This document shows positions 38,518 through 48,701 of a stretch of 64,000 nucleotides of DNA, piece after piece. Origin of the DNA: a virus. The DNA is taken from IMG/VR virus record IMGVR_UViG_3300032294_002964, positions 1 through 64,000 of that record; one strand, given 5' to 3'. Made by a program: the position numbers and the translations under genes. The notes under the pieces are model-generated. The model did no database searches. It saw only the letters and a list, made by a program, of their open reading frames with translations, and was not told the origin of the DNA. Each line of letters opens with the position of its first letter. The first letter of the stretch is position 1.

Positions 38518-38903
38518 AATTTCTTAATATATTCTTGTACTTCTGACTTTATTTCAACATCAGACATCTCAGGATATCTTTGTCTGATATCTCTAAATAG
38601 TTCAAGTTCATCTTTTTTTAACTCATCCATTTTCTCATTGATGGAATCAATATATTTTTCTAATGTGTTGGATTCACTTTCTAAGTCTATTAGTATTTTT
38701 AAAAATTCACCCTTTGCGGAATCGACACTGTTTATTTTAGTGTCATCAATTTTATTTTTAATTTCAACTAATTCTTGATGCTTCTCTCCAATTGAGGAAA
38801 CGATGTCTCTCATCATTTTCTCATAAGTTGACAAGTCTGTTGTTAAGTTTAAATAGTCTTTTCTTATATTCACAGCTCTTTTTAAGAAGATTTCTTGTAT
38901 CAT
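38505..38903 (-). CDS. Coiled-coil hypothetical protein
   Basis: Heptad-rich composition. Confidence 0.55.
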   Translation of the reverse strand: MIQEIFLKRAVNIRKDYLNLTTDLSTYEKMMRDIVSSIGEKHQELVEIKNKIDDTKINSVDSAKGEFLKILIDLESESNTLEKYIDSINEKMDELKKDELELFRDIRQRYPEMSDVEIKSEVQEYIKKLNLS

Positions 38904-39932
38904 TTAGGCATTCATATTTTTTGGAGGCTCAGGCTCTTTACCTTCTTTTAACATTCTACTTTTTGGAGGAGGTGGTGGATTAGGTATTGTCTGTTTTTTT
39001 CTATTACTAGCCTTCTTGACAACAGGTTTAGGCTCGGCTGTTTCTTTTAATGTAACCGAATCAGTAATTTGTGTATTAACACCTTTCTTTTCGGAAGCAC
39101 CGTTTTTCTTATCAATCATAGATTTTATCTCATTGATAATTCTATCTCTAATAATCGATGGATCTTTTAGCAGGTTATTTGTAAATTCGTCCGCTAAAAA
39201 CTCAATAATTGATATCTCATATGAATCCTCCATCATTTCAATGAAGTCTAATCTTGGAATCTTTCCATCTATTTTAAGATTTATTTTAAATTCATTATTA
39301 CGCTTTACATTTTTAAACATAGTAATAACTGGATCTTGAACTTCTATTCTCTGAATAGGTGGCTCTTGATTTTGAACAGTATTCATTCTTCTATCATTGT
39401 TTTCTATTATTGGAGTTGAACTTTCAACATTTTGTTGAGGATCTTCTAATATTCTAGAAAAAACCTCATTTTGTCTTCTCAGACTATCATCTACGGATGT
39501 AGCTCCATATTTTCTCTTTAATTCCTCAATTTCGTCCTCTGGATCAGCCATTATAATAGCTGACTCATTATTTACATTTTGATAAAAATCTGGATTAGAA
39601 TTTCTTATTGCTTGTGATAGACCATCACCACTATTATCATCAGGAATTTTATCCATTGGTATAGATTTAATTTGCTGAGCAAATGTGTTATAAGTATTTT
39701 GATTATCAAAAAACTTTGAAGGATCTACATAATCTTGTTTTGATGGATTTGAAGGTGCTGATTCATTCATAGTAGTATAACTATTTATTGGTACGAATAT
39801 TTTATCATTCATTAAAAGAGATGTATTAACTTTCTCTTTATTTGATGTTATAGCAACATTTTGATAAACATCAACTATTTCAAATTCATCACCTGTTAAT
39901 TTATTTTTAAACCTTTTGTTAATAAAACTCAT
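38904..39932 (-). CDS. Hypothetical protein
   Basis: Start MSFINK at 39932, downstream of the AAACTTT-N15-TATAA promoter (39958-39984). Confidence 0.55.
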   Translation of the reverse strand: MSFINKRFKNKLTGDEFEIVDVYQNVAITSNKEKVNTSLLMNDKIFVPINSYTTMNESAPSNPSKQDYVDPSKFFDNQNTYNTFAQQIKSIPMDKIPDDNSGDGLSQAIRNSNPDFYQNVNNESAIIMADPEDEIEELKRKYGATSVDDSLRRQNEVFSRILEDPQQNVESSTPIIENNDRRMNTVQNQEPPIQRIEVQDPVITMFKNVKRNNEFKINLKIDGKIPRLDFIEMMEDSYEISIIEFLADEFTNNLLKDPSIIRDRIINEIKSMIDKKNGASEKKGVNTQITDSVTLKETAEPKPVVKKASNRKKQTIPNPPPPPKSRMLKEGKEPEPPKNMNA

Positions 39933-39986
39933 AAAAATATTTAATTTTAGATACTTGTTATAATTGCCAATCCTTAAAAAGTTTAT

Positions 39987-40015
39987 AAAAAAACCCACTC
40001 ATTTGAGTGGGTTTT
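39987..40015 (-). terminator. Intrinsic terminator after the SSB gene (repeat copy)
   Basis: CCCACTC-ATTT-GAGTGGG. Confidence 0.8.
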
Positions 40016-40033
40016 ATTTATATTTTGATTTAA

Positions 40034-40996
40034 TTAAAAATCTTTAAAGAAGTCATCATCATCACCATCAGTTGATGGAGTTGAATTTGTAGAAGTCATT
40101 GACTCTTCAAAATCAAAATCTTCAGATGTTGGTTTTGACTCTGCTTTAGATGACACAAAGCTCTGTGAAGATTTACCAGTCATGAAACCAATGATTTCAT
40201 TAATCTTACCTTGTTGTGCCTCATCCAATCTTTTTGGAGCGAAATCTTCTAAGTTGTGCTCACGATCCATTAAGAACTCTCTAATAGTAGTTTGAGCCTT
40301 TGGATCAACTTTACCATCTACACCAAGTGGAGCATTTTTGAATACACCTTTGTCTTTGAAATAAATAGGAAGTGAAGATGTTTCTGGTTTGAACATAGAC
40401 ATTTTATAGTCTGGATATGTTTCATCACCAGTTTGAATTTCTTTCACTAAAAGAACGAAGTCTTTACCAGCTGAAAGATCAAATACATTACAAGATACAC
40501 CTGAAATCTCACCATTCTTTTCTGCTGAAATCTTATCTTTGATTGTCTTACCGTATTGGAAAGTCATAATTTTACCAACTAATTCTGGTTGTTGTTCATC
40601 TTCAAGAACTAAAATATAGGAATAATACTTCTTAGAGTAGTTTAACATTTTTGCTCTTTCTTGAAGAATCGCATTCTTAGAGTTAGTTAATTGGTAGTAA
40701 AGATCACTAAGAGCACATTTGTCACCAAAGTTCTTAGGACTATCGAAATAACCTGAAAGCTCTTTTTGATTTTTGATATTAACATAGTGAGAAATTTTCT
40801 CAATTGCTAATTGACCTACTTTACCATCTTGGGTTAAGTTAGGAAGGAAACGAACTACCGAACGGTATCCTTTCTTTTTGTCCTTTACTTTTGATAAATC
40901 GATACGATAAATACCATCTGTATTGGTTTTTGTTTGTTCATTCAAAAAGTCCATTTTTGAATCTAAATTGCCGAATAAATCATCGAATTCTGCCAT
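40034..40996 (-). CDS. Single-stranded DNA-binding protein, T4 gp32-like
   Basis: VRFLP, YILV.ED...P..GKI..F.YGK.I.DKI, FDL..G.DF.L, YP.Y..S.F and acidic tail DDDDFFKDF. Confidence 0.85.
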   Translation of the reverse strand: MAEFDDLFGNLDSKMDFLNEQTKTNTDGIYRIDLSKVKDKKKGYRSVVRFLPNLTQDGKVGQLAIEKISHYVNIKNQKELSGYFDSPKNFGDKCALSDLYYQLTNSKNAILQERAKMLNYSKKYYSYILVLEDEQQPELVGKIMTFQYGKTIKDKISAEKNGEISGVSCNVFDLSAGKDFVLLVKEIQTGDETYPDYKMSMFKPETSSLPIYFKDKGVFKNAPLGVDGKVDPKAQTTIREFLMDREHNLEDFAPKRLDEAQQGKINEIIGFMTGKSSQSFVSSKAESKPTSEDFDFEESMTSTNSTPSTDGDDDDFFKDF

Positions 40997-41087
40997 AATT
41001 GCCGTTAATTTTTTTAATTTTTTGAAATATCTTTTGGATAATTCAATTAAATATTATATCTTTGTTAGTTGTGAAAGTTTATCTATT

Positions 41088-41681
41088 TTAGATAAAATAT
41101 TTCACTATATCCTTATTTAAGCCTCCATGATCAAAAATTTTACAGAATTTAAGATATTCATCATCTGAACCTCTAAAAAAAGTTCCTTCAAATCCTAATT
41201 TAGTTACCACATCACCAACATCAGAAACTGAATCTTCTGTCCAAAGACATCCAAATGGTCTAAATTCTGTTTCACTATATAATACCTTTAAGCAGTTAAT
41301 TAGAACTTCGAAATTATCCTGATCAAATAGACTATCATTAAATGAAACACACATATATTCATAAGATGGTATATCACCAGATAAGATATATTTTAATTTA
41401 TTCTTTTTGTTATCTGGAACCTCTCTATTAATTATTAGATAATCTGACATTAGTCCTAATTGATTATTAGTTAGTGTTGTATTTAATATATCTACAAAAT
41501 CATCAGTATCGGTTATTGTTCTTAATCTTGCAGATTCAAAATATACATACCCAATATCGAATCCACTTATATTACCTATATTATCTGTGAAATCATAAAA
41601 ATAGCTTTTAACCTCATCTAATGATGGGAACTTACTTTCTAAATTATTAGACTCAAATATTTTGAATTTTTTTATTATCAT
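41088..41681 (-). CDS. Putative internal virion protein
   Basis: Starts MIIKKFKIFES. Confidence 0.5.
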   Translation of the reverse strand: MIIKKFKIFESNNLESKFPSLDEVKSYFYDFTDNIGNISGFDIGYVYFESARLRTITDTDDFVDILNTTLTNNQLGLMSDYLIINREVPDNKKNKLKYILSGDIPSYEYMCVSFNDSLFDQDNFEVLINCLKVLYSETEFRPFGCLWTEDSVSDVGDVVTKLGFEGTFFRGSDDEYLKFCKIFDHGGLNKDIVKYFI

Positions 41682-42214
41682 AATTGAATATTATATTCTG
41701 ATTTATCCGGTCTAACATAAACAATTTTAGAAATGTTCTTTATTTGATATTTGTAATTAGAATCGGCATATTTTTGTCCTAAACCTTTTTTAACATAGGC
41801 AATTGTAATATGTGGTTTATATTCTGGAAATTGATTAGAATTCGGAAGTTCTGATAATTTCTTATAAACCTCTTCTAATTTAGGTGTCTTATTCACTTCA
41901 AGTTTAACAACATCAAATTCTGGATTTTCAAATAATGAAATACCACTAATTTCCACTTTGAAGTCATCTTCGGTAGCATCTTGAAAACAACTTTGTATTT
42001 GCTCATCTGTAACTGTATCATGTATACCATATAATAAAGTTAGGTGTGGTCTTGGTTGTATTCCATAATTTTTACCTTCTACTTTATAAATATCTTCTTG
42101 TTGTATTGAATCTAATAGGTCGGACCAATTTGCAAAGTTATAGTCAACCATTACACAACCATACTCATATCTTGTTTGTGATTCTTTTATAAATTGTTTG
42201 TAATTTTTCATCAT
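41678..42214 (-). CDS. 2H phosphoesterase (Acb1/T4 gp57B-like) with CTS-like leader
   Basis: Two HxT motifs, PHLTLLYG and YKPHITIAY; starts MKNYKQFIKES. Confidence 0.8.
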   Translation of the reverse strand: MMKNYKQFIKESQTRYEYGCVMVDYNFANWSDLLDSIQQEDIYKVEGKNYGIQPRPHLTLLYGIHDTVTDEQIQSCFQDATEDDFKVEISGISLFENPEFDVVKLEVNKTPKLEEVYKKLSELPNSNQFPEYKPHITIAYVKKGLGQKYADSNYKYQIKNISKIVYVRPDKSEYNIQL

Positions 42215-42246
42215 AAACTATTTATTAAATTTTTGATACAAAGATT

Positions 42247-42591
42247 GTGAATTGGTATAAAATATTTTTATGTGTTAGTGTTTTGTTTTTTGCACAGATA
42301 GTTACTTGGTTCCAGATGTTTGGTCAATTTAAGTGGGATTTCTTCAAAAACAATTTATTCTTAGTTTGTCTTACTGGTATACCAATAACATTAATGTATT
42401 ATTACTCAACTAAATATGGAGTGGAAGGATTTGGAAATTCTTGGTCTTTAAGAATAGTTCAATTTGTAATGGGTATAACTATATTTACGCTATTCAATTA
42501 TTTCTTATTAGATGAGGGTATAGATAAAAAAAACACAATCTGTTTAGGATTGTGTTTTATAATTGTTTTAATACAAGCTTTTTGGAAGTAA
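42247..42591 (+). CDS. Small 4-TM membrane protein (SMR/DMT-like size)
   Basis: Four hydrophobic helices in 114 aa. Confidence 0.55.
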   Translation: MNWYKIFLCVSVLFFAQIVTWFQMFGQFKWDFFKNNLFLVCLTGIPITLMYYYSTKYGVEGFGNSWSLRIVQFVMGITIFTLFNYFLLDEGIDKKNTICLGLCFIIVLIQAFWK

Positions 42592-43440
42592 TTATTTTCT
42601 TTTATCCATCCAATTTGATATCTCCTGTATGCTATTGAACTCCTTTTGAACTCTATCATTTGATATTAATTGGTATTTATGATCTTCATATCCTGGTTGT
42701 CTTCCAAGAGCGATTTTTATTAGAAAATAATTTTCCCACTGAAAATAACCCATTGGTGTTGAATTTGTTTTCTCAGTGTTTACATATTTAAATCCTAAAC
42801 TTTCTAATTCATTTTTTTCATAATTGCTCCAATAATGTGTTGAGTGTATACCGTTAGATTTAGGTTTTAAAAAATCTAAAAACGCCTCATTTTTTTTAAA
42901 AGGACTTTTCAAGTGTTTTAAATTCCAACCAGGAATAAATGACTTATTTTTTTTCTGAAAATCTTCATATGATTCAATTCCTTTATCAACAACATTTCTT
43001 TCATATCCTAAATTAGCACCTTTAAGTTTTGGAGTACTATCATCAATAGTAGTTGATTTAGTTGCTTTTCTAATCTTTTCTAATTGTTTAACAGTTGATT
43101 CTCTTGGAAGAGCCCCTTCGTTACTTGGTATTTCCTCAGCTGAAACAATTTCTATCGTACCATCTTCATTAAATTTCAAACCAAAAGAAACAATTCTTCT
43201 ATTACCAACAACTGGTAAAACTTGACCCTTTAATATTTCAAAGTCGCTTTGACCTTGAAAATCAGGACCAAATGATTTAATAGCAGATGTTACTCTACCA
43301 CCAATTGGTAATTCTATTTTAAAGTCAAAATTTTGACCAGAATTACTAGTTATCATTCTTTCAATAGATCTTGGTAGAAGTTCAAAAAGTTCTTTTTTTG
43401 TACCTGCTCCGTAATTTACTCTACATCCTGTTATTTTCAT
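42592..43440 (-). CDS. Hypothetical late protein
   Basis: Late motif at 43464-43471; internal LKHLKS..NE motif. Confidence 0.5.
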   Translation of the reverse strand: MKITGCRVNYGAGTKKELFELLPRSIERMITSNSGQNFDFKIELPIGGRVTSAIKSFGPDFQGQSDFEILKGQVLPVVGNRRIVSFGLKFNEDGTIEIVSAEEIPSNEGALPRESTVKQLEKIRKATKSTTIDDSTPKLKGANLGYERNVVDKGIESYEDFQKKNKSFIPGWNLKHLKSPFKKNEAFLDFLKPKSNGIHSTHYWSNYEKNELESLGFKYVNTEKTNSTPMGYFQWENYFLIKIALGRQPGYEDHKYQLISNDRVQKEFNSIQEISNWMDKRK

Positions 43441-43515
43441 ATTTAAGATTAAAATTTATAATGTATATATTAAAATCCATTTTTTATTTTAAATACTCCT
43501 ATTCTTCTAACTAAA

Positions 43516-43547
43516 TTTGGTAATATGTTAGAATTTTACTAAATTTG
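43516..43547 (+). promoter_or_regulatory. Bacteroidetes primary-sigma promoter TTTG-N20-TAAATTTG
   Basis: Matches the -33 TTTG / -7 TAnnTTTG consensus with canonical spacing, immediately before ATG 43552. Confidence 0.7.
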
Positions 43548-43551
43548 CACT

Positions 43552-44085
43552 ATGATAAAGCGCCACAGAAATATTGCTCACTTAAATTCATTGATATTAG
43601 GTTCTATTGAATCTAATAGAGTCGATGAGTTAATGCATTATATTTCTGTTTATCCAAAAGATTTAATTGAAAAGCACCACAAAAATGGTCACTCTGCTTT
43701 TTTAGAAAACGCTCTATTGAAGGCAAGAAATGAATGTGCAAAATTTTTAATTGAATCTGGATTTATTGTTAGAAATCCTGAATTTATTATTTTAGATACT
43801 AAAATTGAAAACCTTGAATTTGCGATGAAAAATATGGAGTCATTGGGATTTCATTTTAGAGAAGAATTTAAAAGTGGATTAGTAAGAAGAATATTGGAAC
43901 CATATAAAGTATTGGATAATCCTAGAAGAGTTAACATTGCTTTAGAATACTTAGAAAGTGGATTTTTTACAGAGATTCAATTTGAAGAGGCTTTAGATAA
44001 AATTTTTAAGTCTAGTAAAGGTAAAAGATTTGAAAATGTTGTAAGATCTTATATACGTGAATATAAACTTAATAAAATTCTATGA
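43552..44085 (+). CDS. Hypothetical protein (weak ankyrin-like), C-terminal RxxKLxxIL motif
   Basis: Ends IREYKLNKIL. Confidence 0.5.
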   Translation: MIKRHRNIAHLNSLILGSIESNRVDELMHYISVYPKDLIEKHHKNGHSAFLENALLKARNECAKFLIESGFIVRNPEFIILDTKIENLEFAMKNMESLGFHFREEFKSGLVRRILEPYKVLDNPRRVNIALEYLESGFFTEIQFEEALDKIFKSSKGKRFENVVRSYIREYKLNKIL

Positions 44086-44441
44086 ACTGGTTGCAAATTG
44101 ATAGCTATAAATTTGAAGTAATTGATGATGGCTTTAAATATAGTGGACCACTAAAATCTTATCAAAAAGATATGTGGTCCAATTTTTCATATCATACTAT
44201 TAAAATAAAGTGTCCAAGTGATATACATTTAATAGGATTGCGCGATAAGATCTTTTCTGATATGAAATATAAAAAAGATGGTCAATATTATAGTTGCATC
44301 TTTAAACTGAAATCGACCAGAATTTTATCAGATTTTGGACACTTTAAAATTATTAAAGTTGAAGTTGAAGATATAAATATTGATGAAGTATCAAAGGATG
44401 TAGAAAGAGATTTAAAACTTTCTGACTTATTTGGATTATAA
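44082..44441 (+). CDS. Hypothetical protein with C-terminal RDxKLxxL motif
   Basis: Ends ERDLKLSDLFGL. Confidence 0.5.
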   Translation: MNWLQIDSYKFEVIDDGFKYSGPLKSYQKDMWSNFSYHTIKIKCPSDIHLIGLRDKIFSDMKYKKDGQYYSCIFKLKSTRILSDFGHFKIIKVEVEDINIDEVSKDVERDLKLSDLFGL

Positions 44442-44469
44442 GATGTTGTCTATAATCTAATAATAATAT

Positions 44470-44784
44470 ATGAAAAGCGAAATCAAAATTGAATTCTCAA
44501 ACAAGAAAGAACTGAAAAGAGTTATTGAAAAGGCTTACTTTGAAGAAGGTTATTTAGGTAAACTTTTAACCAAGAATAATTTTGTAGAAATAACACCTGA
44601 AGTAGATGATATTCTCTACACAGTTGTTAAAGGTTTAAATAACGCAACTATTAAAGTTACTAACAATGATTTGATTGATGGATCTTGTAGATTTATAGTA
44701 GACGATACTGGGGAAAATCCAAAGCTATTCCCAATTTCTATGTATTGTATCGTTGATGATAATAAAAAATACATTTTTTACTAA
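44470..44784 (+). CDS. Hypothetical protein
   Basis: Preceded by AAACTTT-N15-TATAA (44415-44441). Confidence 0.55.
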   Translation: MKSEIKIEFSNKKELKRVIEKAYFEEGYLGKLLTKNNFVEITPEVDDILYTVVKGLNNATIKVTNNDLIDGSCRFIVDDTGENPKLFPISMYCIVDDNKKYIFY

Positions 44785-44785
44785 A

Positions 44786-45727
44786 ATGAATAAATTTGAT
44801 TTTGAGCAAGTTAACCTTGTTCCACGCAAGTGTGTCGTTGATTCAAGGAGTGAGTGTGATACTTCTGTAAAATTCGGAAACTTCACATTTAAAATGCCTA
44901 TTGTTCCTGCAAACATGGAATGTGTCATTGATGAAAATGTTGCTATAAAATTGGCAAAGGCAGGATACTTTTATATAATTCACCGATTTAATGTTAATCC
45001 GATCTTATTCATTCTGCAAATGAAGAATCTTGGATTGGTTTCATCTATATCACTTGGAGTTAATGAAGACTCTTATAAGATTATTGATGAAATGAAGTCT
45101 ACTAGTATGATACCAGACTTTATAACAATTGATATCGCACACGGTCATTCAATCAAAATGGAAAGAATGATTAAATATATCAAAGAAAACTTACCTACTG
45201 TGTTTGTAATTGCTGGTAATATTTCAACATCTGACGCAGTTAGAGATTTAGAAGAATGGGGAGCTGACGCAACTAAGGTTGGAATTGGACCGGGAATGGC
45301 TTGTACTACTTGGCCGACAACTGGATTTGGATCGAGAAATTGTCAAGCTGCTACGGTATACAACTGTTCTCTTGTTGCTACTAAACCAATTGTTGCTGAT
45401 GGTGGTATTCGTGTACCAGGTGACATTGCTAAAAGTTTAGTTCTTGGTGCTACTATGGTAATGGTTGGTGGGATGTTATCCGGATTTAAAGACTCTCCAG
45501 GTCACTTAGTTAGTATTGATGGTAAATACAAAAAAGAATTTTGGGGATCAGCATCACAATTTCAATCAGGAAAATCAAATCGTATTGAAGGTACTAAAAT
45601 TCTAGTTGATTATAAAGATCGTTCTATTTTAGATGAAATGAAATATTTAGAAGAATGTCTTCAAAGTTCAATTTCATACGGTGGTGGAACCGATCTTAGT
45701 TGTTTTTCTAAGGTTAAGTGGATTTAA
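44786..45727 (+). CDS. guaC: GMP reductase
   Basis: PIVPANM, ITIDIAHGHS, KVGIGPG.ACTT, ADGG and LQSSISYGGG; type-2 GuaC length. Confidence 0.9.
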   Translation: MNKFDFEQVNLVPRKCVVDSRSECDTSVKFGNFTFKMPIVPANMECVIDENVAIKLAKAGYFYIIHRFNVNPILFILQMKNLGLVSSISLGVNEDSYKIIDEMKSTSMIPDFITIDIAHGHSIKMERMIKYIKENLPTVFVIAGNISTSDAVRDLEEWGADATKVGIGPGMACTTWPTTGFGSRNCQAATVYNCSLVATKPIVADGGIRVPGDIAKSLVLGATMVMVGGMLSGFKDSPGHLVSIDGKYKKEFWGSASQFQSGKSNRIEGTKILVDYKDRSILDEMKYLEECLQSSISYGGGTDLSCFSKVKWI

Positions 45728-46410
45728 ACTTCAAAGGTTACTTTAAAATCACCATGACTATAGTTATAACTGCTGAAACCAAATCTATTACACACTAAAT
45801 CAAATAGTTCTTCTACTTCTTTATCAATTTTACCATTGTAACTTGTGGATTCAAATTCTATTGTTACTTCAACCGCTTCTTTTGAATAATGTGGTCTATA
45901 ATAGTCAAATGATAGATTTGTCAATCCGTATTTACTAAATAGTGACTCAATATCTTCTTCATCTGGCCATTTAAAATCTTCATCTAGCTTTTGGTCTGGT
46001 TTAGAAAAATAGAATGATAACATCATGAATTTAACATCACCTTCATTATTAGGTGGTGGACTAGTACTAATTTTCATATCATACATTGACCAATCTTCAT
46101 CTTTTAATCTACCTATTGTAGTTTGTATTTGACTAACAATAGATACAAAATCTGTATAATCTTTAACATCATGGAATACAATAATAAAGTGACCTCTGAT
46201 CACATTTCCAGTATTTATAATTGGTTTGAAATTTTTATAACGAGAACTTTTATCAATATAGTCTTGATAATTCATATCATCAATAGGTGACTTAAACAAG
46301 ATTTTTCTATCATCATCTAAAAAATCTCGCATAGCATCAATAATTATATCCACTTCATTTTCATGAGTGTGATTTTCATTTATTCTATTGAAATATTTTA
46401 AGTGTTTCAT
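45724..46410 (-). CDS. Putative internal virion protein (paralog family)
   Basis: MKHLKYFNRINE; DIIIDAMRDFLDD helix. Confidence 0.5.
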   Translation of the reverse strand: MKHLKYFNRINENHTHENEVDIIIDAMRDFLDDDRKILFKSPIDDMNYQDYIDKSSRYKNFKPIINTGNVIRGHFIIVFHDVKDYTDFVSIVSQIQTTIGRLKDEDWSMYDMKISTSPPPNNEGDVKFMMLSFYFSKPDQKLDEDFKWPDEEDIESLFSKYGLTNLSFDYYRPHYSKEAVEVTIEFESTSYNGKIDKEVEELFDLVCNRFGFSSYNYSHGDFKVTFEV

Positions 46411-46934
46411 TTTTTATCCTCTTCTATTGATGTATAATAAAAATCACATTTTAAATCTAAGAAATTTATAACATCATCAAATTTCATTTGTTTATCAAAA
46501 ATCTCTTTTCTTACATATTTATGCAAGTTGTCTAATGATTTTTGATAATATTCGTCTTTTATATCCATTTTAGACCAGTCAAAAGATGCTGATTTTTTAC
46601 TATAAATTGAAAAACCTATTTTAATAACGCCAAAGTTGTCAGTCTTAACATTTAAAATAACAACTGGTTTCCATGCGTGTTTAGCAGCAGATAGTGATGT
46701 ATTAAATTCTTTATGATATTTTTCTAACCATTCGCTATTACAAGGTCCACCACTCCACTCACCATTTCTTATGTACATCTCCTTATAATCTTCAATCATC
46801 TTTGTAATTAAATCTTGATCTTTGCATTCGTATTTAGTACCGATTGAAATAGATACATCACATTCAGAACCATAGATATCTATAAGTCCTAAATCATCTT
46901 CTTCAAATTCTTCAAATATTTTTAAATATTTCAT
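46407..46934 (-). CDS. Putative internal virion protein
   Basis: MKYLKIFEEFE. Confidence 0.5.
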   Translation of the reverse strand: MKYLKIFEEFEEDDLGLIDIYGSECDVSISIGTKYECKDQDLITKMIEDYKEMYIRNGEWSGGPCNSEWLEKYHKEFNTSLSAAKHAWKPVVILNVKTDNFGVIKIGFSIYSKKSASFDWSKMDIKDEYYQKSLDNLHKYVRKEIFDKQMKFDDVINFLDLKCDFYYTSIEEDKK

Positions 46935-47425
46935 ACTTCTAAAACAAATTGACCTCTATAAGCTTTAAAATCTTCTTTCTTCATTACAGTAATAACAGTT
47001 AAAGTGAACTCATTATCACCTGCCTCTAACTGACAAACAATATTTAAATTAGATTTTTTATTCTTTATAACAAATCTATTTGGTTCACCTGCTCTAACAC
47101 CACGAGTTGGATAATCATCTTCATCTTGATAAATATCAAATCTATCTTGCATTAATGCAATTGTTAATTCTTCAACTCCTGATTCAATTGTATCTAATAT
47201 TTCATCTTTAGATATACCAGCTTCAATTTTACCACCAGTATCAGTAACCCCATGTCTATATTGTCTTGAAAGAGCATGACCGATGGCCTCTACATCAATT
47301 CTAATTTCAACTGGCTGTTTGATATCACCAATAAATTCTGGACCCTTTCTATCCATTAATTTTGGACTCACATATCCAGGTCTAATGGCTTCAGATATTT
47401 GTTTGAATGATTTTAAATGTCTCAT
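46931..47425 (-). CDS. Putative BECR/RelE-like ribonuclease-fold protein with CTS-like leader
   Basis: HA..R..R...I...EI...I and C-terminal TVITV pattern; MRHLKSFKQISE. Confidence 0.4.
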   Translation of the reverse strand: MRHLKSFKQISEAIRPGYVSPKLMDRKGPEFIGDIKQPVEIRIDVEAIGHALSRQYRHGVTDTGGKIEAGISKDEILDTIESGVEELTIALMQDRFDIYQDEDDYPTRGVRAGEPNRFVIKNKKSNLNIVCQLEAGDNEFTLTVITVMKKEDFKAYRGQFVLEV

Positions 47426-47455
47426 AGATTTATATATTAATTTAATAATATACTA

Positions 47456-47839
47456 TTAACGCCCGTAAATATTTATTGTATAGACAGATCCACCTGTCCA
47501 ACCTATTTCACACTCAAGGCCTAATCTACTTAGTCTGTTGATGAACTCTCTCATATCCATTTGAAAGTCCTCTCCTAAATATCCATCAACACCAGCAGAT
47601 CCAAAATAATCATCAAATAATATATCAATGGAAGCACACCAAGAACTTTCACTAGGAAATCTAAGAGAATAACAATTATCAAGGTCTCCTGAGTGCCATC
47701 GTTGTAGATCATCAAAGTTATCTACATATTTTAAATCATATTGATCTGCATACTCTCTAAATATATCTAAAATATCATCCAGATAATCATTGATTAAATA
47801 TTTTTTAGACTCATTAAAATTTTTGAATTTTTTTATCAT
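47456..47839 (-). CDS. Putative internal virion protein (paralog family)
   Basis: MIKKFKNFNES; DDILDIF. Confidence 0.5.
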   Translation of the reverse strand: MIKKFKNFNESKKYLINDYLDDILDIFREYADQYDLKYVDNFDDLQRWHSGDLDNCYSLRFPSESSWCASIDILFDDYFGSAGVDGYLGEDFQMDMREFINRLSRLGLECEIGWTGGSVYTINIYGR

Positions 47840-47843
47840 TTAA

Positions 47844-48698
47844 TTAGTAAATTATTATTCCAAGTTCGTGAAGTTCTTCACTACCATATTCCTCAATAAA
47901 TTCATCTACTGGATAGAATTCATTTTCGTTTGTTAATTCGATGTCAATATTTAAATCATACTCAGACAAGAATGATTGTAGTCTTTTAATAGTTGGTAAA
48001 ATATGATCATTAAATCTAAAAAAATTAAAAGAATTATCTTCTAAATCTATATTAATAGAGTCTTTTAATTCTGAATCTTTTTTCTCATAAAGCTTATGAT
48101 ATTGACCTATAGTAGAATCAACATCTATATCGTGTTCTTCTAAATCCAATAATATATCTTTAATATCATCAAAAATTAATTCAAGTGTTGACCTATCAAC
48201 TGACTCATTAATATCTTCTAAATCTCTAAAAGTTAAATCTAAATAAATAACATGTCTTAGAGATTGTTTTTTGGCGAATGGTAACTCATCAATATATCTT
48301 TTCATTCTTGAAATACTATTGAACCAAACACCATCAAATGTTCTTAAATAGATACTAGATAACTCTATATTAAATTGACTCTCTACGTGTTTTATAGATG
48401 ATTCAACCTCTTCAAAAAAATCATCATCAATAGCAAAAACTCCTTTTTCAAGTGGTTTCAATCTTATTGAAAAGCTTTTAAAGCTACCAAGATATCTACC
48501 ATCTGGTCCTATTTTTGAAAATTCATTATGATCTGTAACTATTTCTTTATCACCCAATGATAGTGCATGTCCAGTATAAACATCTGAAACTTCTAATCCA
48601 CAATCTTTCACACCAACAAAAATATCTGAAATCTCTTGAACAGTTTCCTCACTCTCTTTATTAGATTCAAATAGTTTATATGATTTTAAATATCTCAT
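47844..48698 (-). CDS. Putative internal virion protein, two tandem family domains
   Basis: MRYLKSYKLFES; EISDIF and DIKDILLDL repeats separated by INES. Confidence 0.5.
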   Translation of the reverse strand: MRYLKSYKLFESNKESEETVQEISDIFVGVKDCGLEVSDVYTGHALSLGDKEIVTDHNEFSKIGPDGRYLGSFKSFSIRLKPLEKGVFAIDDDFFEEVESSIKHVESQFNIELSSIYLRTFDGVWFNSISRMKRYIDELPFAKKQSLRHVIYLDLTFRDLEDINESVDRSTLELIFDDIKDILLDLEEHDIDVDSTIGQYHKLYEKKDSELKDSINIDLEDNSFNFFRFNDHILPTIKRLQSFLSEYDLNIDIELTNENEFYPVDEFIEEYGSEELHELGIIIY

Positions 48699-48701
48699 AG
48701 A

